From assembly GCA_963788655.1 (NCBI GenBank), contig CAWBHS010000004.1, forward strand, positions 1 through 64,000: a stretch of 64,000 nucleotides of DNA. The letters run 5' to 3'. The notes below the pieces were generated by a model. That model made no database searches, was not told the origin of the DNA, and saw nothing but the letters and a program-made list of their open reading frames with translations. How positions within the stretch are numbered: position 1 is the stretch's first letter; each line of letters starts with the position of its first letter. This DNA comes from an uncultured Verrucomicrobiae bacterium. GTDB taxonomy: Bacteria; Verrucomicrobiota; Verrucomicrobiia; Limisphaerales; JAFGQR01. Positions 1-11,015 of the stretch are shown here, in pieces. The translations under genes were made by a program, and so were the position numbers.

Positions 1-169
1 CCACGCTTAACGCCGAAAATTGAGCTACGAGAACCGAAGGAATTCTGAGGGCATAAAACCGCGACGCTCCGGCTCGACGTAAATTGGTTCCGATTTCTTG
101 CTTTCAAGCATCGGGAAACCTGCCTGTTCCCGGAGGGTAGATCACCAGGCGCCCCTCTCCACATCGCAC

Positions 170-2478
170 CTATTTGACCGGTGTAACGTTGAACAGCGAA
201 GGTTGGGGGATAAATTCGTCCGCGCGTTTTCGGCCAGCTTCAATCTGTTCTGGCCTCAACTGCGGCAACAAGTCAGCGATGGTCTTGGTAGCGCTGGCTA
301 CTCCGTGGTCACGTGCCAGAAGGAGCCATTGGTAAGCTTCAATGAGGTCTTTCGACACGTCTTGGCCGGTGGCCAACGCACGTCCCAGCGCATCCTGAGC
401 GGCGCATATCCTGTCTGGCGGACAACCGAATCCATTTGATGGCTTCCGGGGAATTCTTTTCCGTGCCTTGCCCTACGGGCCATGGCCAACTCGAATTGGG
501 ATTGCGCGTCACCGTCCCGCCGCGCGGCGAAACCAATCAATGGCCTGAGTTTCGTCTTTGGTTACGCCCAAGCCACGGCGATACCGTTTGGCCATGGTGA
601 CTTCGGCTCTCACCATTCCTTGTTCGGCTGCTTTGCGATACCAGCGTGACGCTTCGACCGGATCTTCTGGCACGCCATCGCCAAGGCCGTAATTGAGCCC
701 CATCTGGTATTGTGCCTCGGCATCGCCCGCTTCAGCAGCCGCCCGACAACGGGCCACGGAATCCGCGAATTCGCGTTCATAGTCAGGGTCGGGAGTTAGC
801 GTGTCCAGCATACCTAGGCGCGTGCATGTCCTTGGGCGGCGGCCCGATGAAGGAAGTTGGTCGCCAGATTGAGATCTTTGACGATCACCTTCCCTTGAAG
901 ATAAGCCATCCCCAGCGTGGATTGGGCTTCGGGCAGGTTGTGGTCGGCGGCCTGACGAAACCATTTCAGTGCCTCCGTGGAATCTGGCTGGCCCAGCACT
1001 CCTCAAGCGTACCCATTGGCCCAAAACATATTGAGCGGAGGCATCGCCTGCTTCCGCTGCCTTCTGAATCCAGCGATGCGCTTCAAATAGGTTCGTTTCC
1101 ACACCTTGACCGCGATAGTAGAGATGGGATAGGTGACGTTGGCCGGTCGTCACGCCGGCTCGGCCGCAATGCGATACCATTTGGCGGCTTCAACGAAATC
1201 CTGGTTCACGCCCCAACCGTGTTCGTAAAGGAGCCCGAGATTCACGTAGGCGGCGGTATTTCCCGAACGTCCGGACTGTTCCAGCCAGACGCGTGCTTGA
1301 GCATAGTTTGTTCGTACGCCTTGCCCGTTCATATAACAGCAAGCAAGATCATTCTGTGCATGCGAATTGCCCGCCTTGGCGGCTTGGTACACCCAGGCAA
1401 CCCCTTGCCGCTCGTCACGGGGAACGCCGTCTCCATCCAGGTAGCGCCTGCCCAAATCGCGCTGCGCATCCGGCAAATTCCGTTCGGCGGCACGGCGCAA
1501 CCAGAGCAGGGAACTCTCGTTATCCTTGGCCACTCCCAAACCAAACGCGTAGTGGTAACTGAGCCAATGTTGGGCCATGGCATGGCCGCGTTGCGCGGCA
1601 AGCTGCAGCCAGCACACAGCTTCGCCCCAGTCCTGTACCCCGTAGGCTTTCATCGAATAGACCACTCCCAAAAGAAATTGGGCCGGAACAACATCCCACT
1701 CCGAAGCTTTGCGTAGCCAGGCAATAGCCTCCCGCGGATTACGTTCGACTCCATATCCGTGCAGATACGCATAAACCAGGTTGTGTGCCGCCGGCCAGAA
1801 CCGCTGGGTCGCGGCTTGGCGATACCATTGTGCCGCTTCGCTGAGATTTTTCGTGACGCCGATACCGTGGGCGAGGTTCCACGCCAGTTTGTATTGAGCT
1901 TCCGGGTCACCGCGGTTCGCAGCCTGCCGGTAATACTGGTTGGCCGCGGCCAGATCCCGTTTAAGGTAGCGCCACTCGTTCCACAAGCCCAGCCAAAAAG
2001 GAGCGACAACGTCGCCACCTTCAGCGGCCAGCTTCAACCATTTGACGGCGTCTTTAGAATCGGCTTTGACGCCTTGGCCGGTGGCCAGCAGCGCCGCCCA
2101 GTTGCGCTCAGCTTCGACGAGTCCCTGCTTGGCGGCTTTGCGAAACCACTTGGCGGCCTGCTTGTAGTCCTGGCGAACATCGCGGCCAAAGAAATAAAGC
2201 AAGCACATGAGATTCTGTGCCCGGGAATCCCCATGACTGGCACTTCGTTGAAGGGCAGGCAGTTTGTCAGTGATGGAGCCTCGCGGGCCGAACACGGATA
2301 ACCAGTTGGCCTCGGGCAACGTCCAGCGGTCGGGTGGTGCCAAATCCTTAATTTCATGCCGGGGGATCGTCGAGGTGGAAACTGGAATATCGGCACACGC
2401 CTGCCGGCCTGCGCCGACGGCCAGCACGCAGCTAATCGAAGGAAACCTGGAACAGAATGGCGAACCGCGTATCACCAC
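170..2478 (-). CDS. Sel1-like repeat (SLR) protein, reading frame broken by several indels
   Basis: Many repeats of the form A..WY/FR.AA.QG...AQ..LG..Y..G.GV..D across ORFs 1150-2478, 814-999, 509-1180 and 170-376; the repeats continue across frame changes. Confidence 0.85.
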
Positions 2479-2752
2479 AAAACACTAAACCGGACGTAGT
2501 CGATGACAAGCTCGTTTTCCGGCCTACTCACGCACTCGCCACCGTAATGGATTGACTGTTCGCATCAAGGCTGCGCACACGTAACTGTCATGCTTGGGAT
2601 TGCTTAACGTCAAGGCCCTGAGTCGTTGGCTCTCAAGGGTGCCTGCCCGGCTGCTGAACTAAATACTGGCTCCTGGCACGTAGTCAAAATGCTGCGCGCA
2701 TCTGCAAAGAACTCCCATTGGCTGAAGATGCGCAACGCGGCGATAATATCCC

Positions 2753-3470
2753 ATGAAAATGACAACGATGGAACTGAGCATTCGACGGGCGAACGAACGC
2801 GGCCTGGCTGATCACGGCTGGCTCAAATCACGCCATACATTTTCCTTTGCGGATTATTACCGATCGGGCGTTCATGGGGTTTCGCACGCTGCGCGTAATC
2901 AATGATGATCGCGTCGCTCCGGGAATGGGCTTTGGCACGCATCCGCATTGCGACATGGAAATTTTCAGTTACGTGCTGGAAGGCACATTGGCGCACCAGG
3001 ACAGTCTGGGCAACGGGCGGCAACTCCAACCGGGGCAGATTCAACTCATGAGCGCGGGGACGGGCGTATCGCACAGCGAATTCAATCCGTCGTCAGCGGA
3101 ACCAGCACACTTCCTGCAAATCTGGATTTTGCCACGCGAGAGTGGACTTGTGCCGGGTTACACTGAATGGCATCCCACGCCCGAACACGCCAACGCCCCC
3201 AAGGTCTTGGTCATCGCTCCAGACGGACGGGACGGATCGGCAATCATTCACCAGGAGGCTGAGATTTATCGGCTCCGGCTCAAAGCCGGGGAAACCGTGA
3301 CGCATGAGCTCCGAGCCGGACGGGGCGCCTGGCTGCAAATCGCTGAAGGCGTAGTGAACCTGAACGGCGTGGACTTGGCCACCGGTGACGGAGCCAGTAC
3401 CGAGCAGCAGGGGAAGTTGACGATCACTGCCCCGGAGCCGACGGAGGCACTACTTTTTGATCTCGGTTAG
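2753..3470 (+). CDS. Pirin family protein (YhhW-like cupin), one frameshift near 2860
   Basis: ATG 2753 gives [26 protein letters not shown], then [50 protein letters not shown] in the next frame. Confidence 0.9.
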
Positions 3471-3480
3471 GAACAGAATT

Positions 3481-3613
3481 GAATAGCCAAGAACCAATGA
3501 CCAATGACCAGAGAATGACCAATGGCCAATGCGTTGGGGAAAGTTGCTCCCAGGCGGGTGGGATTTGGGACTTGGGCCTTCTCTGGGATTTGGTCATTGG
3601 CCCTTGGACATTC
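3481..3613. repeat. Imperfect inverted repeat built from 7-bp-periodic CCAATGA / TTGGTCA units (copy 1)
   Basis: gaatagccaagaaccaatgaccaatgaccagagaatgaccaatg ... ttgggacttgggccttctctgggatttggtcattggcccttggacattc; similar element at 6591-6732. Confidence 0.75.
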
Positions 3614-3670
3614 ATTTTATCCGCCGCCGTACCTCAGAGCCTTTCGCAAAGCGCCGGTTTGAACCTTTGT

Positions 3671-3732
3671 GTTTGGAGTTCCGCCTTTCAGGCGGCAAGC
3701 CATCCAAACCGCTTGAAGGCGTGACTCCAAAC
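3671..3732. repeat. REP-like palindromic element
   Basis: gtttggagttccgcctttcaggcgg...ccgcttgaaggcgtgactccaaac, inverted arms. Confidence 0.6.
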
Positions 3733-3790
3733 TTGGCGCCTCCCCGATCGGACGAGTTTCAAACGGCCGGCAAAGTGGCGGAGACAGAAG

Positions 3791-3825
3791 AAAACCAGGA
3801 CCGCCTCACCGGCAGTCCTGGTTTG
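3791..3825 (-). terminator. Probable intrinsic terminator of the sugar-phosphate isomerase gene
   Basis: Minus strand reads aaaccaggactgcc-ggtga-ggcggtcctggtttt followed by cttc, about 30 bp past the stop at 3853. Confidence 0.55.
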
Positions 3826-3852
3826 CATCAAGATCAAGTCGCTTCGGATTAA

Positions 3853-4719
3853 TTACTTCGCGCCGTAATCGCGGACGTAATCAATGCACTGGGTCACTTC
3901 GGGGAGACTGTTCTCCCAGTGGTATTCGTATTCGATGGAGATGTTGCCGGCGAAACCTTGAGCCTTCAGTTCGTCAAGAATGGCTTTAACATTCGATACG
4001 CCCGTGCCGTAGGGCACGTCGTGCGCGCCGCCGCCCATCTGGTTGAGATCTTTCAAATGCACGCTGATGATGCGGCCTTTGAGAATGCGGAGGCATTCCA
4101 CGGGATTAAGATTCGAGCGCACCCAATGGCCGGTGTCCGAGGCCGAGCCGATGCGGTGGTCACGGCCCGCGACCAGACCGGCAATGTAGTATGGATTCCA
4201 CACCTTGTAGTTCGGATTGCTCATGCTGCCGGGATGATTGTGGTAGCCCACGCAGATGTTGTATTCCTTGACCAGTTTCTCGATGGTATTAATGGCGTCC
4301 ACCGATTCGGTGGTAATCGAATACATGCCCATCTTCTTGGCGAAATCAAAGACCTTGCGGGCCTCGGCTTCGTTGGCAGAGATGCCGACCACGCCGTAGT
4401 TCACGGCGCGCAGGTGGTTCTCGGCGAGCTTGGCCTTGACTTTGGCAATCACTTCGTCGGAGGCATTGTGATCGACGGTCACGTTGGGCTCTTCCTTGCT
4501 CAGTTTTTGGCCGGGGTAAAACTCAATCACTTTGCCGCCGGCCTTGGCGGTTTTCTCGATCGCCTCGAAGGCGGTGAAGTGATTGAACGTGTAGGCCTGG
4601 CAGCCAATCGCGAATCCGCCGGTCTTACACTGATCGGGGATGGCGGTCTGGGCTTGGAGGTTAAAAGCGGTTGCCGCGACGGCGGCGGAAACCATTAAGG
4701 GAAGACAAAACTTAGTCAT
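3853..4719 (-). CDS. Sugar phosphate isomerase/epimerase (xylose-isomerase-like TIM barrel) with N-terminal signal peptide
   Basis: Motifs HNH, DTGHW, HLKD, DVPYGTG, SIEYE; hydrophobic leader ending LQA-Q. Confidence 0.85.
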   Translation of the reverse strand: MTKFCLPLMVSAAVAATAFNLQAQTAIPDQCKTGGFAIGCQAYTFNHFTAFEAIEKTAKAGGKVIEFYPGQKLSKEEPNVTVDHNASDEVIAKVKAKLAENHLRAVNYGVVGISANEAEARKVFDFAKKMGMYSITTESVDAINTIEKLVKEYNICVGYHNHPGSMSNPNYKVWNPYYIAGLVAGRDHRIGSASDTGHWVRSNLNPVECLRILKGRIISVHLKDLNQMGGGAHDVPYGTGVSNVKAILDELKAQGFAGNISIEYEYHWENSLPEVTQCIDYVRDYGAK

Positions 4720-4844
4720 ATTGCGTTAGTGATTTTCAATTTTCCAACCTGAACCGACAGGTTGCAGTGTCAATGCTATGACGTTATGGCACTCTGAAAG
4801 CATCACCCTGTCAAAGAAAAAGTAGCTTGGGATTAATGCCCAAA

Positions 4845-4990
4845 GGGGAGCGCGCCCGCCTCGGGCGCCGTCAACGGCGCCTCGCCGTTGACTCGAATGC
4901 AGCGAGACGTGGGAATAATTGAAAGCCATCCTTCATCGAACGGCCGGTACGAAGCGCACCGGCCGACAGGCGAGGCGCCGGCCCCATCGG
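4845..4990. repeat. REP-like palindromic element, same family as 31196-31338
   Basis: gggagcgcgcccgcctcgggcgccgtcaacggcgcctcgccgttgactc closely matches the reverse complement of 31289-31338. Confidence 0.6.
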
Positions 4991-5025
4991 TTCCGGTGCC
5001 GAAACGCGCCAGTGGTTTCCAATCA

Positions 5026-5171
5026 TCGCGAAGCGTTGGGAGTGCGTGGAGCTGGCTCCTGCTTTCGATCGGCGCAGGGGTAGCCGTTCCCGGCAACGCG
5101 CCCTAGAGTTTGATCGACATTGCCCAATTGGAAAGCGCCGGCAAGCCGGTCGCACTCCAAACGCTGGCGCG
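5026..5171. repeat. REP-like doublet (ggagtgcg...cgcactcc family), intact copy
   Basis: tcgcgaagcgttgggagtgcgtggagctggctcctgctttc ... gaaagcgccggcaagccggtcgcactccaaacgctggcgcg; second, truncated copy at 8481-8613. Confidence 0.7.
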
Positions 5172-5273
5172 CCCAAGTGCAAACCGTTCCCGAATCCTGG
5201 CGATTGTTCATTTGTTGTGCAATACAGGCGCGAACTCGATGAATTTTCCACGTTCCAATCGCATCCAATTCTC

Positions 5274-6557
5274 ATGAACGACAACGCAAGCGACCAAACC
5301 AAGCAGGTTCCGGCAGTCTCCCGCCGTAATTTTTTGAAACACTCATCCCTGGCTGCCGCCGGCACCGTGGCGGTCGCGAGTTTTCCTTCGGTCCTGACCA
5401 GTTACGCCGCGCCGGACGATCCCATTCGCGTGGCCTTGATCGGGTGCGGGGGCCGGGGCAGCGGCGCGGGCAAACAAGCCATCTCCGCCGCGCCAAATGT
5501 GAAGATCATTGCGCTGGCTGACATTTTTCCGGACAAACTCGAAAAGGCGAAACAGAATTTCCCGGAGGTCCCGCCAGAAAACTGCTTCAGCGACTGGGAT
5601 GCCTACAAAAAAGCCATCGCGGTTCCCGGCGTCAATTATGTGATCCTGGCCACGCCGCCGGGATTTCGCCCGATGCAACTGCGTGCGGCGGTTGAGGCCG
5701 GGAAGAACGTCTTCATGGAAAAACCGGTGGGCGTGGACGGACCCGGAATTCGCTCGGTCCTCGAATCGTATGAAATTGCCAAGCAAAAGGGGTTGAACAT
5801 CGTGGCGGGCACCCAGCGCCGGCACGCCGTCAATTACAACGAAACCATCAAGCGCATTCAGGATGGGGCCATCGGGGAGTTGATGTTCCTGCGGGCCTAT
5901 TGGAACGGCGGGGCAATCTGGCACCGGCCCGAAACGGGCGAGACGGCCATGGAGAAACAACTGCGCAATTGGTATCATTACACGTGGATTTGCGGTGACC
6001 ATATTTGCGAACAGCACGTCCACAACCTCAACGTCTGCAACTGGATCATGAACGATCATCCGGTGAAGGCTGTCGGCATGGGCGGTCGCCAGGCCTTGGG
6101 GCCGGACGTGACCGGCGAGAAATGGGACCATTTTTCCATCGAGTTCGAATATGCCAACGGCGTGCGGATGTACAGCTATTGCCGGCAAATTAGCGGTTGC
6201 GACGGCAATGTCAGCGAGGCGGCGCATGGCACCAAAGGCTTCAGCAATTGCTCGAACCGTATCATGGTCGAGGACGGCGATTCCTGGCGCTGGCGCGGAC
6301 AAGGCTCCAATCCGTACGTGCAGGAGCACGCGGATCTCGTTGAAGCCATCCGGACGGGCAAGACCCTCAACGAAGCCAAGACCGTCGCGGAAAGCACGCT
6401 TACGGCCATCATGGGGCGTGAATCTGCCTACAGCGGTCGGGCGGTGGAATGGGACGAGATGCTGAACGCTAAAACGTCGTTGATGCCCGAGAAGCTGGCC
6501 TGGGGACCGGCGCCGGAACCGCACGTTCCCATCCCGGGCAAACACAAGGTTGTTTAA
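5274..6557 (+). CDS. Gfo/Idh/MocA family oxidoreductase with Tat signal
   Basis: SRRNFLK Tat motif, IGCGGRGSGA Rossmann motif, EKPV, GTQRRH, GDHICEQHVHNL. Confidence 0.92.
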   Translation: MNDNASDQTKQVPAVSRRNFLKHSSLAAAGTVAVASFPSVLTSYAAPDDPIRVALIGCGGRGSGAGKQAISAAPNVKIIALADIFPDKLEKAKQNFPEVPPENCFSDWDAYKKAIAVPGVNYVILATPPGFRPMQLRAAVEAGKNVFMEKPVGVDGPGIRSVLESYEIAKQKGLNIVAGTQRRHAVNYNETIKRIQDGAIGELMFLRAYWNGGAIWHRPETGETAMEKQLRNWYHYTWICGDHICEQHVHNLNVCNWIMNDHPVKAVGMGGRQALGPDVTGEKWDHFSIEFEYANGVRMYSYCRQISGCDGNVSEAAHGTKGFSNCSNRIMVEDGDSWRWRGQGSNPYVQEHADLVEAIRTGKTLNEAKTVAESTLTAIMGRESAYSGRAVEWDEMLNAKTSLMPEKLAWGPAPEPHVPIPGKHKVV

Positions 6558-6590
6558 GGATTTCCGATTTCAGGTGGACAGAGCGTTTGC

Positions 6591-6732
6591 GAATGACCAA
6601 TGACCAAAACCCATTGACCAGAGAATTACCAATGACCAATCACCATTGCTCCAGGGAACGGCGTCCCGAATTAAGTTCGGGCTTGGGGACTCGGGCCTTC
6701 CTTGGTGCTTGGACATTGGGCCTTGGTCATTC
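6591..6732. repeat. Imperfect inverted repeat of 7-bp-periodic units (copy 2)
   Basis: gaatgaccaatgaccaaaacccattgaccagagaattaccaatgaccaat ... cttggtgcttggacattgggccttggtcattc. Confidence 0.75.
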
Positions 6733-6886
6733 TTTCGAGTTGGCGTCCGGTCGAAAACTTCGGCGTCAAAATTTCTTCTGGCTTTTGCCGGATTAACGTT
6801 TGAGTATCATTACACATCAACAAAATCTTGTTCGGGCGCGATTTCATCTGGACTAAAATCGCGTGGTGAACTTGCCAAATACATAT

Positions 6887-8228
6887 ATGAAGACAGACAA
6901 ATCTAAAGCGATTCCAAATCAAGAGAACCTCAGCCGACGCTCCTTCTTAAAGAACTCCTCCCTCGCGGCGGCCAGCACGGTGGCAGCGATGAGTTTTCCG
7001 TCAGTGTTGCGCGCGCAGATCGAGCCCGGACATCAATGCCGTGATCATCGGCATCGGCGGCCGCGGCGGCGGCGCGGGCGGCAACTTCATGGCGGCGGTC
7101 AAGGCCACCGGCGTGAACGGCAAAATCGTGGGCGTGGCGGACATCTTTCAAGAGCAGGCCAACCGGGGCAATCAGCACTTTGGCGTGCCGAAGGAAAAGT
7201 GCTTCAGCGGTTTCGACGCTTACAAGAAAGTGCTCGAAATCCCGGGCGTCAATTACGTCATCATCGCCACGCCGCCGGGCTTCCGTCCGACCATCTTCAA
7301 GGCCGCCGTCGATGCGGGCAAAAACATCTTCATGGAAAAGCCCGTGGCCACGGACGGCACCGGTGCCCGCCAGAATTACGAGACCTACGAAGTGGCCAAG
7401 CAGAAGGGCCTTAAGATTGCCGCCGGCACGCAGCGCCGTCATCAGGCCGGTTACATTGACACCATCAAGCGCATCCAGGACGGCGCGATTGGCGACGTCG
7501 TTTTCATGCGCGCCTACTGGGTCAACGGCGGCCCGATCTGGCACCGTGGCGACCATGGCGACACCGATCTGGAACGGCAGATTCGCAATTGGTACCATTA
7601 CATCTGGCTGTCCGGAGATCATATTTGCGAACAGCACGTGCATAACCTCGACGTGTGCAACTGGGTCATGAACGATCACCCGGTGCGTTGCTGGGGCCAG
7701 GGCTCCCGCCAGCAGTTGGACGGCAAGTCCGGTGAGATTTGGGACAACTTCGACATCGAATACGAGTATGCCAACGGCGTCCGGATGTACAGTTACTGCG
7801 GCCAGATCAAACGGTCATGGTCGTCGGTCAGTGAGGCCGTGCATGGCACCAAAGGCATGTCCAATCCGGGCGGCTGGATCAATGTGAAGGGTGGCGAACG
7901 CTGGCGCTCGAGCCTCAAGCTCCAAAGCGGCGATCCCTATACCCAGGAGCACATCGACCTGATCAATGCCATTGTGAAGGACACCGAACTCAACGAAGCC
8001 AAGAACGTCACCGACAGCACGATGACCGCCATCATGGGCCGCGAAGCTTCGTACAGCGGCGCGGGCGTCGAATGGGATGAAGTGCTGAACGCCAAGTGGA
8101 AATACGCTCCCGACCTGGCTTACGCCGAGGCCGACAAGATGGAGTACGGTCCGTTCCGCACGTTGAAACCCCCGATGCCCAGCCTGTTCAACACGCTGAA
8201 GGATCCGGCCATGGTTCCGACGGTCTAA
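6887..8228 (+). CDS. Second Gfo/Idh/MocA oxidoreductase with Tat signal (tandem paralogue), frameshift near 7020-7040
   Basis: SRRSFLK in ORF 6863; IGIGGRGGGA, EKPV, GTQRRH and GDHICEQHVHNL in ORF 7041; clearly paralogous to 5274-6557. Confidence 0.9.
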
Positions 8229-8259
8229 CGGACACAGGGCACTTTGCTTGAATTGCATG

Positions 8260-8290
8260 AGCGCGGGCTGCAGAGCCCGCGCTTTTTTAT
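8260..8290 (+). terminator. Rho-independent terminator
   Basis: agcgcgggct-gcag-agcccgcgct followed by ttttt, about 30 bp after the stop at 8228. Confidence 0.8.
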
Positions 8291-8341
8291 TTCGGCGCAA
8301 AACGGGAAGGGCAGGGGAGCTGGGCAAACCTACTGCCATCC

Positions 8342-8370
8342 TAGCGTGCTGCCGGCATCCTGCCGGCAGA
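8342..8370. repeat. Solo copy of the REP that builds the 156-bp and 121-bp arrays
   Basis: tagcgtgctgccggcatcctgccggcaga matches the array core. Confidence 0.7.
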
Positions 8371-8480
8371 TCGAACGTAAACACCGCGTTCGATCTGAGA
8401 GCAAAGTCGGCGCGCACTCACCACGGCATTGCCGTGAGCGATGTCCTTATCGCCAGCGAATTGCCAATGACTTCCCAAGA

Positions 8481-8613
8481 TCGCGAAGCGTTTGGAGCGC
8501 GCGGAGTTTGCTCCCGCTTTCATTTGCGGTAGGCCGTACAACAACCAAGGTCGCCCACTCCAAGTCCCGGGCCTTATGGCCGATTCGAAAGCGCCGGCAA
8601 GCCGGGCGCACTC
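8481..8613. repeat. REP-like doublet truncated by IS110 insertion
   Basis: Arms match 5026-5171 up to ...gcaagccgggcgcactc, then switch abruptly to tctagaaactc. Confidence 0.7.
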
Positions 8614-9103
8614 TCTAGAAACTCAAGGCTGAATTCCCTGGAGTGCAATTAGTTCCATATTAAGATCCTTGGCCTGTTTTTTGAGCCACGCCACGCGTTG
8701 GGCCCGATATTTCGCCTAGTAGGCTTCCATTCCTTTGTCCACGTAATTCTCACCGCTCTTGATCATCCGATAGACCAGCCGCGCCTAGTGATGGGCCATC
8801 GCCACAATCGCCTTGGGCGCCCCCAGGCGGCTCTTGAGCCGCCGATACTTGGCCCCCAGCCAAACTCTGACTGTTGACCAGCGTGGAGGCACACAGCCGC
8901 ATGTACGTTGCGCACCCGGCTCACCACCGGTCGCGTCGCGCGCGCCAATACCCGCCCCCCCACTAATCCGGTGATCCGGACAGACGCCCAGCCACGACGC
9001 AAAATGTTTCTCGCTGGGCCAGCGGCTCATGTCCTTGCCCACCTCCGAGATGATCACTTGGGCGGCCACCGGCCCAATGCCGTCGATCTTGGTCAGGTCC
9101 ACC
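8612..9103 (-). pseudogene. IS110-family transposase, 3' remnant with in-frame stops
   Basis: VDLTKIDGIGPVAAQVIISEVGKDMSRWPSEKHFASWLGVCPDHRISGG ... YRRLKSRLGAPKAIVAMAHH*ARLVYRMIKSGENYVDKG (Transposase_20-like region); 5' part lost at the IS4 left end. Confidence 0.85.
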
Positions 9104-10577
9104 CAGTTGTGTTCGGACATGAAGCTGCTTTTGGGAGAGTGACGAGTCAAAGGCTGACCGAGGAGATCCCAAGGGCGTCCTTGGTGCGCTGTCATCCGAT
9201 TGTGACGCCATCGTCACCGGATTGTAACTTGTACAGGACCGCTGCTTTTGGCTTACTGAGCACGTGGTCGATGCGATCGGACAACCGCAACTGGATTTCA
9301 CCGAAAACGAGCTTCGGAACTGGAAGCTGCTCGACCAGTTTCGCGCCTATCTGGAACCCCGGCTCACAGCCCCCGACTCGCCCACCGCCCCCCTCAATGA
9401 CCACCAACTCACGCCCAGTGCCTATCTGTCGTTGATGCTGTTTGCCTTGGTCAACCCGGCGATCAAAACCGCCCGGGCCCTCTGTGGCGCCAGCCACTTT
9501 AAGCGTGTGCAGCAGGAGGTCTGCGGGCGACCGGTTTCCCTGACCAGCTTTTCGGAAATGCAGCACGTGTGCGCCCCGGAATTATTGGCCGGGTTGCTGC
9601 GGGACTTGGCGGGCCAAGCCACGCCGGTCTTTGGCGAGCGCCGCTTGCACGCCCACCTCCAAGAGCTGACCGCCAATGATGGCACGCTGTTGCCGGCCCT
9701 GCCCCGCATGGCCTGGGCGTTGTGGCAAAACCCCCAGAACCGGGCGGGCAAACTGCATTTGGAATTTTCGGTCTGGCGTCAGGTGCCCACTGAATTCACG
9801 ATCACGCCCGCCAACACCTGCGAACGGGCGGTGTGGAAAGCCAAGCTTAAACAAGGGGCGTTCTACGTCAATGACCGCTATTACAGCCACGACTATGAAC
9901 TGATTGATAACGTGCGGCAGACCGGCGCCAGCTTTGTGCTGCGGCTGCATAACAACGCGGTGCTCACGCCGCTGGGGCCCACCCGGCCGTTGACCGAGGC
10001 GGATCGGCAAGCCGGCGTCGTGGCCGATATGCCGGTACGTTTGGGCGCGGGCTCCGACGGACCGGTCGGCCGCTTGGTGCGAGTGGAAAGCGCCGGGCAC
10101 ACCTTCTTACTGTTTACTGACCGGGAAGATTTGGCGGCGGAACTGGTGGCGCTGATTTACCGGTATCGGTGGCAGATCGAACTGTTTTTCAAATGGGTGA
10201 AGTGCATTTTGGGCTGCCGCCACTGGTTGGCGGAGTCGCCCCAAGGGGTCACCCTGCAAGTGTATTGCGCGCTCATTGCCGCCGTATTGATGGTGCTGTG
10301 GACGGGCCGCAAACCGTCGAAGCGGCAATGGGAAGGTTGCAACTTTACTGGCTGGGGTGGGTGAGCCTGGAAGAACTGCTCGCCGTCCTGCGCCCCAAGG
10401 AAAAAGCCCACTAAAACGCCCGGGGGAATTTGGCGCCGCCATCTCCTCAGGGCGGAGCTTTGTCTACGGCCCGGGAGCGGGCTGGCCTTTGGGCCGAACG
10501 GGAGGCTTCCATCACGTGCGCACGCCCAATTTCGTCGCTGGCACCTTCTCAAGCACGAAGAATTCCGAACACTACTG
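9104..10577 (+). mobile_element. IS4-family insertion sequence
   Basis: Terminal inverted repeats CAGTTGTGTTCGGA (9104) and TCCGAACACTACTG (ending 10577), 13/14 match, enclosing a DDE transposase. Confidence 0.85.
9264..10414 (+). CDS. IS4-family DDE transposase (frameshift near 10335)
   Basis: ANDGT, VNDRYY, and YRYRWQIELFFKWVK (IS4 YREK signature); tail continues as LQLYWLGWVSLEEL in another frame. Confidence 0.88.
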
Positions 10578-11015
10578 ACCAGATCCCTGGTAGCTTGCTC
10601 GCGCCAAAGATTCAGGTGGATTGCGTGCGGGAGGAATTACGGCGTATCGGGGACGCCCTTTGTCGAGATGTTGGCCATTCATTTTTGTTCGGATCGTGAG
10701 GAAACGATTGCTGTGCTGAGCGAACTGCTGGCCACCGTTGAATCCCGCGTCCGCCATCGCCAATTTGTGGTTGGCGCGGACGCGGCGCGGATCTTTTGGG
10801 TCAATCCGGTGGCCGATTTGCGGGCGATGAACTCGGTCGAGGAATGGGCTGAACGCCCGCGCGAAGGGGCGATCATCCGCGAGCACGTGAGCCAAGAATT
10901 GAATCTGCCCACTATTGAGCTTGAAATTCCGCCGGTCTGTGATGCCATGCTGCCGACGCTGAGCGCGCGGTTGCAGGCGCTCGTGGAAACGGTCCAAGCC
11001 CGAAGAAGCTCATGA
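10578..11015 (+). pseudogene. 2-hydroxyacyl-CoA dehydratase subunit, 5'-truncated remnant, probably also internally deleted
   Basis: MLAIHFCSDREE, RIFWVNPVADLRAMN, ELNLPTIELEIPP..LSARLQALVET; overlaps the activase start (ATGA); far shorter than the family norm. Confidence 0.6.
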
